A stretch of DNA of 64,000 nt from Octopus sinensis (Eukaryota), in NCBI RefSeq assembly GCF_006345805.1, contig NC_043013.1, forward strand, positions 21,080,001-21,144,000, given 5' to 3'. The position numbers and the translations under genes are program-made. The notes below the pieces were generated by a model, which saw only the letters and a program-made list of their open reading frames with translations, was not told the origin of the DNA and searched no databases. Position 1 is the stretch's first letter, and the number at the start of each line of letters is the position of its first letter. Below are positions 1 through 12,947 of the stretch, one piece after another.

Positions 1-483
1 ATTTTAAGATCTACAAATACACTTGTTCATAAATATTGAGTCAGTCAGCAAAATTCCATTCTGTTTGTAGAATATCATTGCAAATGCTCTGTTGTACTTT
101 AATATTTACCTTTATTTTTTTTCTTCACTTTCGCTTTTAACATGCCTATTTTTATTCCCACTTGTTTTTCTACGCTTCCCATGATTTTAATCCATTGACT
201 ACCACGCTTCACATGTTACCTCATTACCTAAGTCTTCCTTCGATATATACTGCACCCTTTTCAAGACTGTCATTCCTACCTCCTTCCCTCTTCATACAAT
301 CTGTTGTTTCTCATGTATCAATCGTAGTAACCGTTAAATATATTAATCATTGATGATTAACTCAGCTTCATGATAAAGTTCGTATTTCGAGGTCACATGA
401 CTGTAAACTACACTACATGTCCTCTTCACTCAAATATTATAGGAGCGTATTGTAGTTCGCTTGAAGCATTGTGTATTGTTTGT

Positions 484-597
484 GAAATATAACATGTCTT
501 GAATGGCACAACAATGCAGAGTGTGTTATAATAACTGTTATAACATTTATTATAGTCCACTCTGCATTGTTATGCCATTCAAGACATGTTATATTTC
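484..597. repeat. Near-perfect palindrome (MITE-like foldback)
   Basis: 40-bp arms gaaatataacatgtcttgaatggcacaacaatgcagagtg / cactctgcattgttatgccattcaagacatgttatatttc with 1 mismatch; the spacer is itself largely palindromic around tgttataaca. Confidence 0.85.
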
Positions 598-1049
598 TAG
601 AATTTTCTAGTCTTCCGATTTGTTCATTTTCTAGTCTTCATCTTGTTCATTGTTCATAAATGCGCGCCTATTTAATATTTGATGGAGAAGACCTCTAACA
701 TCGCTACATCCACCTCACTGCTTCTTGTCAGGTGGGTCTTCAGTTACGTGACACTAACATCTATTTGTAGCTCCAAATTAGCAGTGATTGATCAACCCTG
801 TTATCAAAAAAACTTCAACTGTGACCATCACATGCATTCCCTGCATATTAGAACAGATTAATTTTTTCTGATTTATGACGGCGCGGATGTAATCTGAGGT
901 AGATTTGGATGACCAATAGAAACATCCTTTTATGGGAATATTCTATCATGTGTATGTATCTATATGTGTGACGATAGACATACATACATACATACAGACA
1001 GACAGACAAAAACACACACACACACATACACAGAGATAAAGAGATAGAT

Positions 1050-1200
1050 ATGTTTCTTTATTAGCCACACAGGGCTGCACACAGACGGGACAGATTACAA
1101 AGTAGAGCTTTTCTTTTGGGGATGAAAAAAAAGTGGGGTAGGTTTTCGATCAAAAGGGATCGTAAAAGGGAAAGAAGAAAAAAAGGGAAGGAAAAAAGAA
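1050..1200 (-). mobile_element. 3' tail of a CR1/L2-type LINE
   Basis: Reverse complement ends ...gtcccgtctgtgtgcagccctgtgtggctaataaagaaac, preceded by a pyrimidine-rich 3' UTR; a similar tail ends the SINE at ~54440. Confidence 0.45.
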
Positions 1201-1218
1201 AAAGGAAAAAAGAGAAAG

Positions 1219-1292
<74 letters not shown>
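1219..1292. repeat. (GATA)n microsatellite
   Basis: Direct observation. Confidence 0.97.
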
Positions 1293-1293
<1 letters not shown>

Positions 1294-1534
1294 CAGAGAT
1301 AATTGCACCGGACAAAAGGAATTTAAATTGAAAACTATCCAGCATTTAGAACTTTATATATATATTCATGCCATGAACGAGAAAACTGCAAGGCGGACTC
1401 ATGTATTATAGTACGAGTTTCCTTTCATTTATCTCCAGATCAGACATAATATGTCTGAGATTTTCAAGTTGAGTTTATTTGTTAAAGAAAAAATTACTAT
1501 TAACCCCACTATGTTTCTGTCAGACAAATTCAGG

Positions 1535-1830
1535 TGCAGCCGTGTGGTAAGACGTCTGCTTTCCAAAAACATTGGTCCGGGTTCAATTCCACTGAAGTAT
1601 CAATCCCAATGCGTATCTTTTACTATAGCTGCGAGCTGACTAAAGTCTTGTAAGTGGATTTGGTAGACGGAAACTGAAAGACGCTCGTTGTATATATGTA
1701 TGTATGTATATTTATGTTTGTATCCTACCACAGTTTGCAATCGGTGTTGGTTAGTTACGTCCCCGTAACTTGTATTTCTTCAAAACAGACCTGTAGAACA
1801 AGTACCAGACTTTCAAACAAAATGCTGGGG
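1535..1830 (+). mobile_element. tRNA-derived SINE family A, degraded
   Basis: gtgtggtaag..., ggttcaattccactg (B-box-like), gtggatttggtagacggaaactgaaag; homologous to the other family A copies in the window. Confidence 0.8.
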
Positions 1831-1854
1831 TAAAGTTAGGTAAAAGGTAAAGTT

Positions 1855-2072
1855 ACCTTATGCCAACTGATAATGGCCGGTTTCATGGCGTATATACTCC
1901 CTGCCTGGTCCATCGCAGAGTAACTCATTTTTGTCGGCTGAGTGGACTAGAGCAACGTGAAATGAAGTGTTTTTCTCAAAAACACAATGCGTCGCCTGCT
2001 CCGGGAATCGAAGCCACAATCTTACGATCATGTGTCTACCAGGCTAACCACTAAGTCAAGCGCTTCCACAAG
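1855..2072 (-). mobile_element. tRNA-derived SINE with conserved central domain (family D)
   Basis: Reverse complement: A-box-like ttagtggttag, B-box-like ggcttcgattccc, then ...cacttcatttcacgttgctctagtccactcagc...aaaaatgagt. Confidence 0.7.
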
Positions 2073-3021
2073 TACTGGGGTAGATATTTTCGAATAAAAT
2101 TCTTCAAGGCAGTGCCCCATCATAGCCTCAGTCCAATGATTAAAACAAGTAAAAGTTAAAAGATTAATTATTGCTCAGCTCCAAACCATACTTGGAGACT
2201 TGCAGGAGGATCGAATTTGGATCAGTTTTTACAAAACTTTGTAATGAAAATGCGCCGGCTTCCTTCACTAAGCCTGCGTCTAGCTCGTTAGCTAAATGTT
2301 TAACTCATAATATTTTTTATCATTATTATTATTGCGTAATTAAAATTAACTTTGACAACTGAGAAGATACAATATTGACATAATTTCTTAATTACTTGTC
2401 ATATTTTGATCGGTGGTTTTTGTGAAATCGACTTGATTGTGATGGTTGCTTTGGATGTGATCGATCTACAGTGTTGTAGCAACCGTGTATGTTGTGGCTG
2501 TTTTAAAAGCTACAGTTGTAGTTATAATAATATTCGTCGTCGTCGTCGCGTTGTTGTTGTTCTGACTGTAGTCGTTGTAATGGAGGTATTGTTTCGTAGG
2601 ATTTCTAGTTGCACTTCTTGTTATCGTTGATACAGTTGTTGTTGTTTTTGTTGTTGTTGTGACTTATTTTGAATTAATTTCCCCAGTAATATCCGCCTAA
2701 TTCTCAATAGTTTATTAAATATTTTCTCCGTCCAGTTAACCTTAATTTCCTGTCTTTCAACGGGGACGCTTAGCTAATCAATAAACAAGGTCTTTGCATC
2801 AGATACGACAACAAAAACAAAAACAAGAGCAATAGCAAGTGCTACAATGAAAATATCAGCAGTACCAGTAGTTGTAGCACTAGAATATCCTATTGTTTTT
2901 GAAAATAGCACCAATATTCTTCCCATTATATCTGCTGCATTTCTATCATCAGTTGTATCATTTCTTGCTCTCTTTCTTTTTTTATCTCCCCTCATTAAAC
3001 GGTGTATATATATATGTATAT

Positions 3022-3063
<42 letters not shown>

Positions 3064-3431
3064 ATATATTGTGTGTGTGTATGTGTGTCTCTGTGTATCT
3101 GTGTCTCTGTGTCTCTGTGTCTAAGGTAAAGGAAACAAAGCCGCAACATGACTGGATACATTTATCATCAAAGTTATTTCATTACTCCAAGGAGAATTGG
3201 CGAATCAATGGTGGCGTTTTGGACCTTGTACTACTTCGAAATAGAATGGGAAGAAATCAATGGCGAGCACAGAGTTAAAATAAAAATGGCAAAATGCTAA
3301 GGTGAAATTGCCTTGTTGTGTTGTTTATGTTAACCAGTGATGTTTGTTCACCGACCGGAAGTAATGGGCCATCTAAGTCTGGTTTTCAAAGATATGTGAG
3401 AGCGTATGAGCCATTTCAACTGCGCGCGCGC

Positions 3432-3436
3432 GCGAA

Positions 3437-3468
<32 letters not shown>

Positions 3469-3491
3469 CGTGTGTGCGTGTGTGCGTGTGT

Positions 3492-3532
<41 letters not shown>

Positions 3533-3588
3533 TGTATGCGTGTGTGTGCGTGTGTGCGTGTGTGTGCATGTGTGTGTGTGTGTGTGTA
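3432..3588. repeat. (TG)n microsatellite
   Basis: Direct observation. Confidence 0.95.
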
Positions 3589-4164
3589 TCTATTGCAGTA
3601 TTTTGCGAAAACTGGAAAAACTCGGTTACGAAATCTGTGGCCCAAAGCCGGAACCTATGAAGATTCAGGTCCCTGATCTCCGGTTCTTGTCAAGTCTGTC
3701 CATCATCTTGTTCATTGTCTTCCTGTTTCTTTTGTGGTTACTTAGAAACAATTCTGACAGCTTTTCCGTCCAATTCTCTTCTTTACCGCTTTTAAATCAT
3801 AATAAAATTAGATTGTTTTTCCTTTAGGGTAAGTCCGTGTTGGTTAGTGTGTGTTCTGTATGTATCTTTCGTTGCATCTCTGCGTGATATATAATTTTTT
3901 TGTGATTTGCGTTTGTATGTGCATGCGTGTTTGTGCGTATGAGGGCGGGAGCATCGCTGGTGGTGATAGGAAAGTAAGATTTATGAGTAATGACCAAAGC
4001 AGGAAATGCTTGGAGATAAAAAATATACATCGCTGCCCTACACGAACCCTGAAGTCTAGCAGGGAAGGATAGCGCGTCGAGTAGACTGCAGAGCGAAAAA
4101 GAGAAAAGACTGACACGTTTCTGCCAATTAATAAATCGGTTAACCAAATGGTGGCGTGTTTATC

Positions 4165-4730
4165 ATTTACATAAGGCCATTGCAAGGGAAGCATTTGGAT
4201 TAATACATGATGCTAGCGGAGGTACAGCTGAAAGAATCAGAAAGAAGTGTTTTCAGTAATTGGTGTTGATGGGGGAAAAGATAGACGCGACTCTGAGTTC
4301 TGGAACTAGGGAAGGATCCACGGAGTACAGAAACGAAAGATTTACAAAATGGTAAGTAGCGCCCTTGTGGAAACTTTTGGATGAAATTGAGATTAGGGAA
4401 GATATGAAGAGCAGCAGGGGTTGACTGGAAGACGTAAAATAAGCGTGAGGTCTTATAGCAGTGGGTAAAGTTGAGAGTTGGTAAGTGAGGAGAAAAAAGA
4501 AGGCTTTTGGAAGTGGAGCAGATGCGAGAACGGGGCACAGAATTGATGATGCACTGCTTGGTTTAGAATAAGGCAAAACGTTTCACAACTGAATAAAGAG
4601 AGGGACCATGTTTGAGCATGGTTCTGACAAAGCTGCACAGATGATAGAGATGGAGGATTTATGAATAAGGAACGGGGGAACCGAGTTCCTTTTGGATGAT
4701 TGCAAATCAAGGTAGAAATGCTGAGCTTAA
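4165..4730 (-). mobile_element. Degraded CR1/L2-type LINE 3' fragment
   Basis: Frameshifted minus-strand translations resemble the LINE ORF2 C-terminus (..TPAALHIFPNLNFIQKF..); ends in cccttgcaatggccttatgtaaatgataaa. Confidence 0.5.
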
Positions 4731-5141
4731 AGGCATATTTGTATTTGTGTGTCTGCGTATATAACATAAAGTTGTAGGAATTTGAAAATCCAGGCATACA
4801 TCTTGTAAGCTCTCTGCAGCTATCCATCCGTGGCTAAGATCTGAGTGGAATTTACATCTGCGATTGTACTCCTAGTTATATGTGTATGTATATATAGAGA
4901 GAGAGACAGGGGGAGGGAGAGAGGGACCAGTGTTGTCTTAGATTTATTTTAACACCTCTAATACCAAGTCAGAATCCCAGACTGGATTCCCCCAGTTCAC
5001 CACGTACGACTAATAATAGAACATCGAAAGTTTTCTCTTCTTTCTTTATCATACACTTTTACTCCGCGAATATACGTATGCACACGCACACACATTTTCC
5101 ATACACCCATTCATACGATACACACACACACACACACACAC

Positions 5142-5191
<50 letters not shown>

Positions 5192-6991
5192 TCACACTCA
5201 CAATAACGCACAAACACACATACACACATACATATGTATTTGTATATGTGTGTGAATATGTATGCCCTCGTGATTGTATGTGTAAGTGTGTGTTTTTGTC
5301 TGCGTGCGTGTGTTTATGTATATGTGAATATAGACACATAAATAAAATCTATGAATGACAGTCTTCATATTGTTGTAATTGATATACTGAACGCCATAGA
5401 CAAAGAACTGCAAGAAGCAAGACGTTCTCTCATAAACAATATCACCCGCAGGGATAGCTCTTTATATGAATAACGTATAGACCGCACAGATCAGTCTTTT
5501 TTTTTTTTCATTTTTCTTTGTAATGTAATAATTACCTATTACTCTGTGCTCTTCACAATATCTACAACATCCAACATTGCTTAATATAAAATGATATAAA
5601 ATATGACATATATTATAATGTGTGTATGTTGTATGTTTGTGCGTGTGAAGCAACAGCCGCAAACGTTCGCCTCTTTTTCTCTTTTTTTATCCTAATCGAA
5701 ATCCAAATCATTTCTGAAACGTTTCCAAGTCTATCGTTTTAATCGCTAATGTCAGTTGAAGTAAAGTTATAAAGTATTAGTTATTTTATGTGTTGTCATT
5801 GAGTCCAGTATCGCACTAACCGGGGACACAGATTCCGCCGAATGAGAGTGGAGCAGTATTTTTAGAGGCCAACGACGTGATTTGTATATTCAAGAAGACG
5901 CTATTGATCTGCAGCGTTTCATGATGAATCTGTCTCTACTTGATGTATCTGTAACCTCTGTAGGACCTCTATAAATAGGGCAAATTCAACTATTTCTCAG
6001 TAAATTGAATACAATAATGAATGTCTTTAATCGATTTTCCAAGCTTTTGGGGTTCTCATCAGCGGTGCCTACATCACTTTGACCAATCCAAGAGGAAACT
6101 AGCAACCACTCTGTTTATATAATCCACGAAAGCAGTAGTTCCAGTTCTCTGTAAATATCAATTGGCATAATTTAAGCATTTAGCACTTTATCTAATACCA
6201 GCGGCGGCCTGTCAACAGGATCTCAGTTCACTCAGTATTAAGGGACACACATTTCACATTGGATTCGTAGTGCCATTTTTATTCGGTACTATACGATATG
6301 TAGCCCATCCATGCTCAAATAAGCTACGAACTATATCGAAAATTATAGGCCATGCGTGAGAAAATATAAAGTTGCGCATCAATGGTTCAGTCCTATTCGT
6401 CATTGAGTAAGCAGATCAGACGACTGATAAAAGGCGTTTTAACACTGTAATCGTGTCTTTCATATACATATACAATATCTATATAATACATAATGTATGT
6501 TTATGTGCATGTCTGTATATATGTCTGTGCATCTCACATGGGATACACTATAATATAAATTTATGTTAATCTTCACTAGACTTATCGTTTATAAATAGGG
6601 GGTTGATCTACGATTAACAGCAAATGGAGGAAATAGTAGATACTAAATAACGAGTAATTATCGACTAAAAACTTTGATGCATGTTTAAGTTGAAATATTT
6701 ATTGGGGGCTGTTCTGGACTTTTTAACTCCCACCCTCCCTCTCTCTCTCTTTTTCTTTCTGTCCCTTTCTCTTTTTCTCTCTTTCTCTCTGGTTCAGAGT
6801 CGGGCTTTACTCCTGAATAAATTTTATTTCGCCAGTCCGAATCACTACAGCATCCATGATACTGTTAAGACTTGTGTATTTGTACCTCCAATTTTTTTTA
6901 CTAACATAATCTGTATTACAACACTTTAGTGGTCAACGATGCTTCGAACAAGTATGCCACTGTTGATACATGTAATTCTCGCTCTCTTACA

Positions 6992-7040
<49 letters not shown>

Positions 7041-7344
7041 AAATGACAGGATGCAGCGAATGCGCCAGATACAAGAAGAGAGGAGAAAGCAAAGAATGAG
7101 AAAATTATACAAAGCTGATTCACATCAGATTTTTATCATTCAACTGCGACCATTAGACAGTTAATTTACTAAATGAATGCTTATCGAATATGAATCCCTA
7201 AGACTTCTTTCACTGGAACCCTGAAACACTACCAGTCCGCTGATCAGTACAAAAACACACAAGAAGGACACAGCTTAGACAATGTATTAACGGACATCGA
7301 CCGAACAATTTAAAAACCAATACTATTCATACTATATGTGGAGG

Positions 7345-7648
7345 CGCAATCACCCAGTGGTTAGGGCAGCGGACTCGCGGTCGTAGGATCGTGGTTTCGG
7401 TTCCCAGCCCGGGCGTTGTGAGTGTTTATTGAGCAAAAACACCTAAAGCTCCACGAGGCTCCGGCAGGGGCTAGTGGTTGTCCCTGCTGTACTCTTTCGT
7501 CACAACTTTTTCTCACTCTTTCTTCTGTTGACCTGCTCGCTTAGCCAGCGGGGTGGCGTCATTTGAAGGCTAAAACAATGCGAAGCGCATTGTGACCAGC
7601 GATGTGTAGCAACATCTGGTAGCCTGGTCGGTCACGGTGGTCACTGTT
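7345..7648 (+). mobile_element. tRNA-derived SINE family C
   Basis: ggaggcgcaatcacccagtggttagggcagcggactcgcggtcgtaggatcgtggtttcggttccc tRNA-like head with A/B boxes; GC-rich body. Confidence 0.85.
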
Positions 7649-7829
7649 CATACTATATACATGATGTGTGAAACACAATAATGCATTGTATACATAGGAA
7701 CGGAGGTTAGCTTGAAGCGAAACTCGGGTATGCTTGTGTGTGTGTGTGTGTGTGCCTGCGTGTGTATATACATATGTATATTTACGCACACATACAGGCC
7801 TATATATGTGTATATGCATATAAATATAT

Positions 7830-7907
<78 letters not shown>

Positions 7908-8507
7908 ATACATACAAAAATTATACACAGACCTATATGCGTGCGTGCGTGTGTGCGTGAATGTATATTCAGACATAAATAAGCATGCTATTAAAAAGTA
8001 TGAAATGTCTTTTTAAATTGCTAACTACTAAAACATGACCAAACTGGTCGTGACCTTTCTACAAGCTGTGTTGTTTACTCAACTTATTTTCCAGTTACAA
8101 AGTGTTAAAAAAAAATGGACGTCTTTTGTCTGAAAGCTTTCATTAGCTTTTCCGTTGGTTTCAGTTACTTGTTTCGTTCTTTTTTTTTTCTTCTTCGTAT
8201 CAAACTATAGAAAAGTCTCAACGGTAAATTTGAAACTTCTGTGTAAATATTCTGGTTTAATTCTGCAATAATTATTTATCATTATATATATATATATATC
8301 AGAGAGGGAGAGAGGGGGAGAGAGTAAGAGAGAGAGGTCAGGAGTACATAAAATTCGAGCAAATTATCCGATATAGATACGTGTATTTGTCGATAATGAT
8401 TTAAATACGAAACGAATTCGAAGAGTACATTGAACACACACGCACATACATTGATATATGTCTATTTATATATATATATATATATATATACATACATACA
8501 TGCATAC

Positions 8508-8545
<38 letters not shown>

Positions 8546-8548
8546 ATG

Positions 8549-8581
<33 letters not shown>

Positions 8582-9594
8582 ATTAAAGTCTGCTTATTGC
8601 CTATACAGCGTAGACCTCTAAATAAAACAATATATCTGCCTGTCACCTTCACCTTCCCATTAGACAATTGTCTCCAACTTTGCGACACGTCTTAAACGGT
8701 TGAGTGTAGATTTCGTATCGAGTTTTCCTCCATTTCATCCATATTCTGGAATCTGCGAAGTTTACAGACTGACTTCAGCTTTGACCTATCTTCAGAGTCT
8801 CCAAAAATAAATAGAGAAGACGAAGAGAAACAGAGAATTATTGTGAAACAGAAGACCGCTCGGAATGATTGACAAAGATTGAATTCTGCGAAATATAACC
8901 ATGGTGCCTGATGGTAGTTTTGGTGTAGTAGCAGAATTCCTATATTAGAATTGGTATTTAGAAAATTCTAGATGCTAGCTTTCATAAAAGACATAGGATA
9001 GGAAATTTTACGTGAATGTATATTTTGTGCATGTATTTATATGGTGTGTGTGTTTATATACGAGTATATATCAGTGCATCACTCGTAATGTAGTAAATCT
9101 TTACTCAGCAATATCATTTTTTATTATTTTCGTTTTCAGAATGTTATACTGAGATTGATATTTTCCAGAAGTTTACGAATTAACATAATCTCTATAAGGA
9201 GATTGTAATAAGTCGATCCCTAACCTTTGGTCAAACTATTGAGGTTACAAAACAATATCTTCTACGAGATTAGCTATATAATTCAGTATTATGGAATGAG
9301 ATACCGACACAATTCTTTGAAGAATGGATATTTCTAAAATACTAACAGGCATATTTGGAGACGGTATATTGTAAAGTCAACAAAATATCTATTGACTTAA
9401 TAGATATACGAAGCCATTAAATTGGTGGGAAAGAAAAAAGATATTTTAGGTCAATAGTTACGTTGTATTATCTCTGAATATCTATTGGTATAATAATGCA
9501 ACCTATTTAAACACATATTTACATTCATATTTGTAGATCTACTGAAAGAATATAAGCATTGTTAACTCTGAGCAGGGATGGCGTCAAGCATCAG

Positions 9595-9623
9595 CTTATT
9601 ATTATTATCATTATTGTTATTAA

Positions 9624-9671
<48 letters not shown>

Positions 9672-9686
9672 CATTATTATTATTAA

Positions 9687-9726
<40 letters not shown>

Positions 9727-9756
9727 GTTATTATATTATTATTATTATTATTATTA

Positions 9757-9819
<63 letters not shown>
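9595..9819. repeat. (ATT)n microsatellite
   Basis: Direct observation. Confidence 0.97.
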
Positions 9820-9821
<2 letters not shown>

Positions 9822-10264
9822 GGCGGCGTAGGTGGCGAGCTGGCAGAATCGTTAGCACACTGGGAAGAATGCTTAGCGATAATTCGTCTGTCTTCACGAT
9901 CTGAGCTCAAATTCCACCAAGGTCGACTTTGCCTTGCATCCTTCAGGGTCGATAAAGTACCAGTGAAACACTGGGATCGATGTAATTGATTGGTCCCCTC
10001 CCCCAAAAATTTCAGGCGTTGTACCTTTAGCAGAAAGGATTGTTAATAAAGCGGTGAGCTAGCAGAATCATTAGCACGTGAGGCGAAATGTTTTCCAGCA
10101 TTTCGTCCGTCTCTTTATGTTGTCATTTCAAAAGCCAACGCGGTCGACATTGCCTTTTATCTTTTCCGGGTTGAAAAAATAAGTTCCTGTTGAGCACAGG
10201 GGTAGATGCAATCGACTAGCCACTTTCCCCCAAATTGCTGACCTTGTGTCAAAATTTGAAATCG

Positions 10265-10265
<1 letters not shown>
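9820..10265 (+). mobile_element. Two tandem tRNA-derived SINE family B copies
   Basis: ggcgagctggcagaatcgttagcac...ctcaaattccaccaaggtcgactttgcc...gtcgataaagtaccag...ttgtacctttagcagaaagg motif set occurs twice. Confidence 0.85.
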
Positions 10266-10311
<46 letters not shown>

Positions 10312-10319
10312 ATTATTAT

Positions 10320-10567
10320 TCAGTAGTTTTATTTTTATAGCGTGCTTTCACTTCACTACCGAGCGCATCTCTGTGTGCCTTGGGTATGTGCTGTGATTTG
10401 TTGTGATGCTCTGATGGTTATTGTATGGAAAGTGTTCTGCGTAGGATGTGTGCAGTGCCTAGTAGTGCAATTTTCTGTATGTTATGTGTTTGTAAGTCCT
10501 GGTGTTTTTGTTATGTATTTGTCTGAATATTTTTTTATCATGCCTAATGCACCTACTATGATAGGAA

Positions 10568-10570
<3 letters not shown>
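10320..10570 (-). mobile_element. R4/Dong-clade LINE 3' end
   Basis: Minus strand encodes [46 protein letters not shown], the typical C-terminus of RLE-type non-LTR elements; embedded in (TAA)n. Confidence 0.8.
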
Positions 10571-10602
<32 letters not shown>

Positions 10603-10632
10603 TATTATTATTATTATTATATTATTATTATT

Positions 10633-11076
10633 AAGGCGGCGTAGGTGGCGAGCTGGCAGAATCGTTAGCACACTGGGAAGAATGCTTAGCGATAATTCGT
10701 CTGTCTTCACGATCTGAGCTCAAATTCCACCAAGGTCGACTTTGCCTTGCATCCTTCAGGGTCGATAAAGTACCAGTGAAACACTGGGATCGATGTAATT
10801 GATTGGTCCCCTCCCCCAAAAATTTCAGGCTTTGTACCTTTAGCAGAAAGGATTGTTAATAAAGCGGTGAGCTAGCAGAATCATTAGCACGTGAGGCGAA
10901 ATGTTTTCCAGCATTTCGTCCGTCTCTTTATGTTGTCATTTCAAAAGCCAACGCGGTCGACATTGCCTTTTATCTTTTCCGGGTTGAAAAAATAAGTTCC
11001 TGTTGAGCACAGGGGTAGATGCAATCGCTAGCCACTTTCCCCAAAATTGCTGACCTTGTGTCAAAATTTGAAATCG

Positions 11077-11080
<4 letters not shown>
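10633..11080 (+). mobile_element. Two tandem SINE family B copies (duplicate of 9820-10265)
   Basis: Near-identical to 9820-10265. Confidence 0.85.
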
Positions 11081-11140
<60 letters not shown>

Positions 11141-11144
<4 letters not shown>

Positions 11145-11395
11145 TAGTTTTATTTTTATAGCGTGCTTTCACTTCACTACCGAGCGCATCTCTGTGTGCC
11201 TTGGGTATGTGCTGTGATTTGTTGTGATGCTCTGATGGTTATTGTATGGAAAGTGTTCTGCGTAGGATGTGTGCAGTGCCTAGTAGTGCAATTTTCTGTA
11301 TGTTATATGTGTTTGTAAGTCCTGGTGTTTTTGTTATGTATTTGTCTGAATATTTTTTTATCATGCCTAATGCACCTACTATGATAGGAATTGTT
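11141..11395 (-). mobile_element. R4/Dong-clade LINE 3' end (duplicate)
   Basis: Near-identical to 10320-10570; flanked by (ATT)n. Confidence 0.8.
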
Positions 11396-11410
11396 TATTA
11401 TTATTATTAT

Positions 11411-11463
<53 letters not shown>

Positions 11464-11469
11464 TTGCAG

Positions 11470-11915
11470 TAAGCTGGTAGAATCATTAGCACGCCAGACA
11501 AAATACTTAGCGGTATTTTCTTTGTCGTTGCATTCTGAGTAAATTCCGCCCGAGTCTTCTTTGCTATTCATTTCTTTGAGGTCGATAAAATAAGTTCCGT
11601 TTAAGTACCAGGGTAGAGATAATTAAATTGCCCCATCTCCTACAGAATATTCAGGTATTGTGTCTATTGTAGAATAGATTATTATCATTATTATTGATGG
11701 CGCTGGGCTTGTAGAATATTTTGGAGCGTCGGAAATAATGCTTTACGGCAGTTCTTCCGATTCGTTAGCTTCAGAGTTCAAATTCCGCCGACGTCGACTT
11801 TACCTTTCATCATTTAGGATTTAAGGAAATAACTACATGCGTTGTACTGGGGTTGATGTAATCAACTTGCCTCCTCCTCTCAAAGTTGCTGATCTTGTGC
11901 TAAAATTGATAAGAA
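11470..11915 (+). mobile_element. Two older SINE family B copies
   Basis: Diverged copies of agctggtagaatcattagcacg...gagttcaaattccgccgacgtcgactttacctttcatc. Confidence 0.7.
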
Positions 11916-11971
11916 TTATTATTAATACTTGAAAGATAGCTTGATAGATGCATTTGGTATAAAATTACATA

Positions 11972-12305
11972 CGAGGAGCAATTTCGACCGATGTCCGACC
12001 ACCTTTGAAATGGCGATGCCAACGTTTAACTATGTTGAATAATGGTGCATTGTCACCATAAACTTCTTTCATTTCGTCGAAAGTCTCTTTTGGAGTACGA
12101 CCTTTAAAGTGTAAGAATATGATCACTGATCTGTATTCGAATTTCTCTATTATAACACCTTAGTCCACTTCAGCAGCTATAAAAGAAACGAACATTATTG
12201 GAAAGTTGCAATTTGCAATATGCCGTGCATGATTATACCATTACAAGTTCCGTTTCTTGCAATAACCGGAATGGGTCAGGGGAAATCTTTAATGAAGACC
12301 CCTCG
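11972..12305 (-). mobile_element. Mariner 5' fragment (same family as 40035-41324)
   Basis: TIR cgaggggtcttcattaaagatttcccctgaccc with flanking TA; translation EKFEYRSVIIFLHFKGRTPKETFDEMKEVYGDNAPLFNIVKRWHRHFKGGRTSVEIAPR matches the N-terminus of the 40 kb transposase. Confidence 0.85.
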
Positions 12306-12635
12306 TATATAGGTATGCACATTAATGTTTCTGTACGTATGTAACTCAAAGATTGTATTTGAGAATTGCTAACAAAAAATCAGAAGTATAAAGCATTTAA
12401 TTTATATCTAAAGTTTGTATATGAAAAGTTTCACATTCATTCTTTCCTTGTAAAACTAAATAGACAAATAGACAACTAAATAGACAAACAGGTAGGTAAA
12501 TAGAATGATGGACAAATAGACGACCAAGTAGATAGAGAGCTAGTTAAACAGATGGACAGACAGACGGACAGATCGATAGGTAAATGGATGGACAGATAGC
12601 TAGATAAATATATAGAGGGTGATTAACAGGTATAC

Positions 12636-12678
<43 letters not shown>

Positions 12679-12947
12679 TAAATAGTGTGCCGTTCCGCTA
12701 TTAGAGGTATCAACGAAAATGTATTTCATTCAATGAGAGATAATTATCATTTAATATAAATTGGATTTAAATATGTACTACTGTTAATTTCATACCACTG
12801 AAAATACAGTGATCGGACATGCTAGTATAGCGTGGTGTATGTTTTGAAATTATTTGAAAACACAATAAGGTTGCACACACGCATAGAGATGCACACTCAA
12901 ACACACAAACACCCACCCACACACACACAGACACACACACACACACC

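Noticed and set aside
6926-7123. Minus-strand ORF MNQLCIIFSFFAFSSLLVSGAFA resembling a signal peptide
   Set aside because: It derives from an AG-rich low-complexity tract and runs directly into (TA)n without a credible donor
7345-7420. tRNA gene-like sequence
   Set aside because: No complete cloverleaf; it is the head of a SINE
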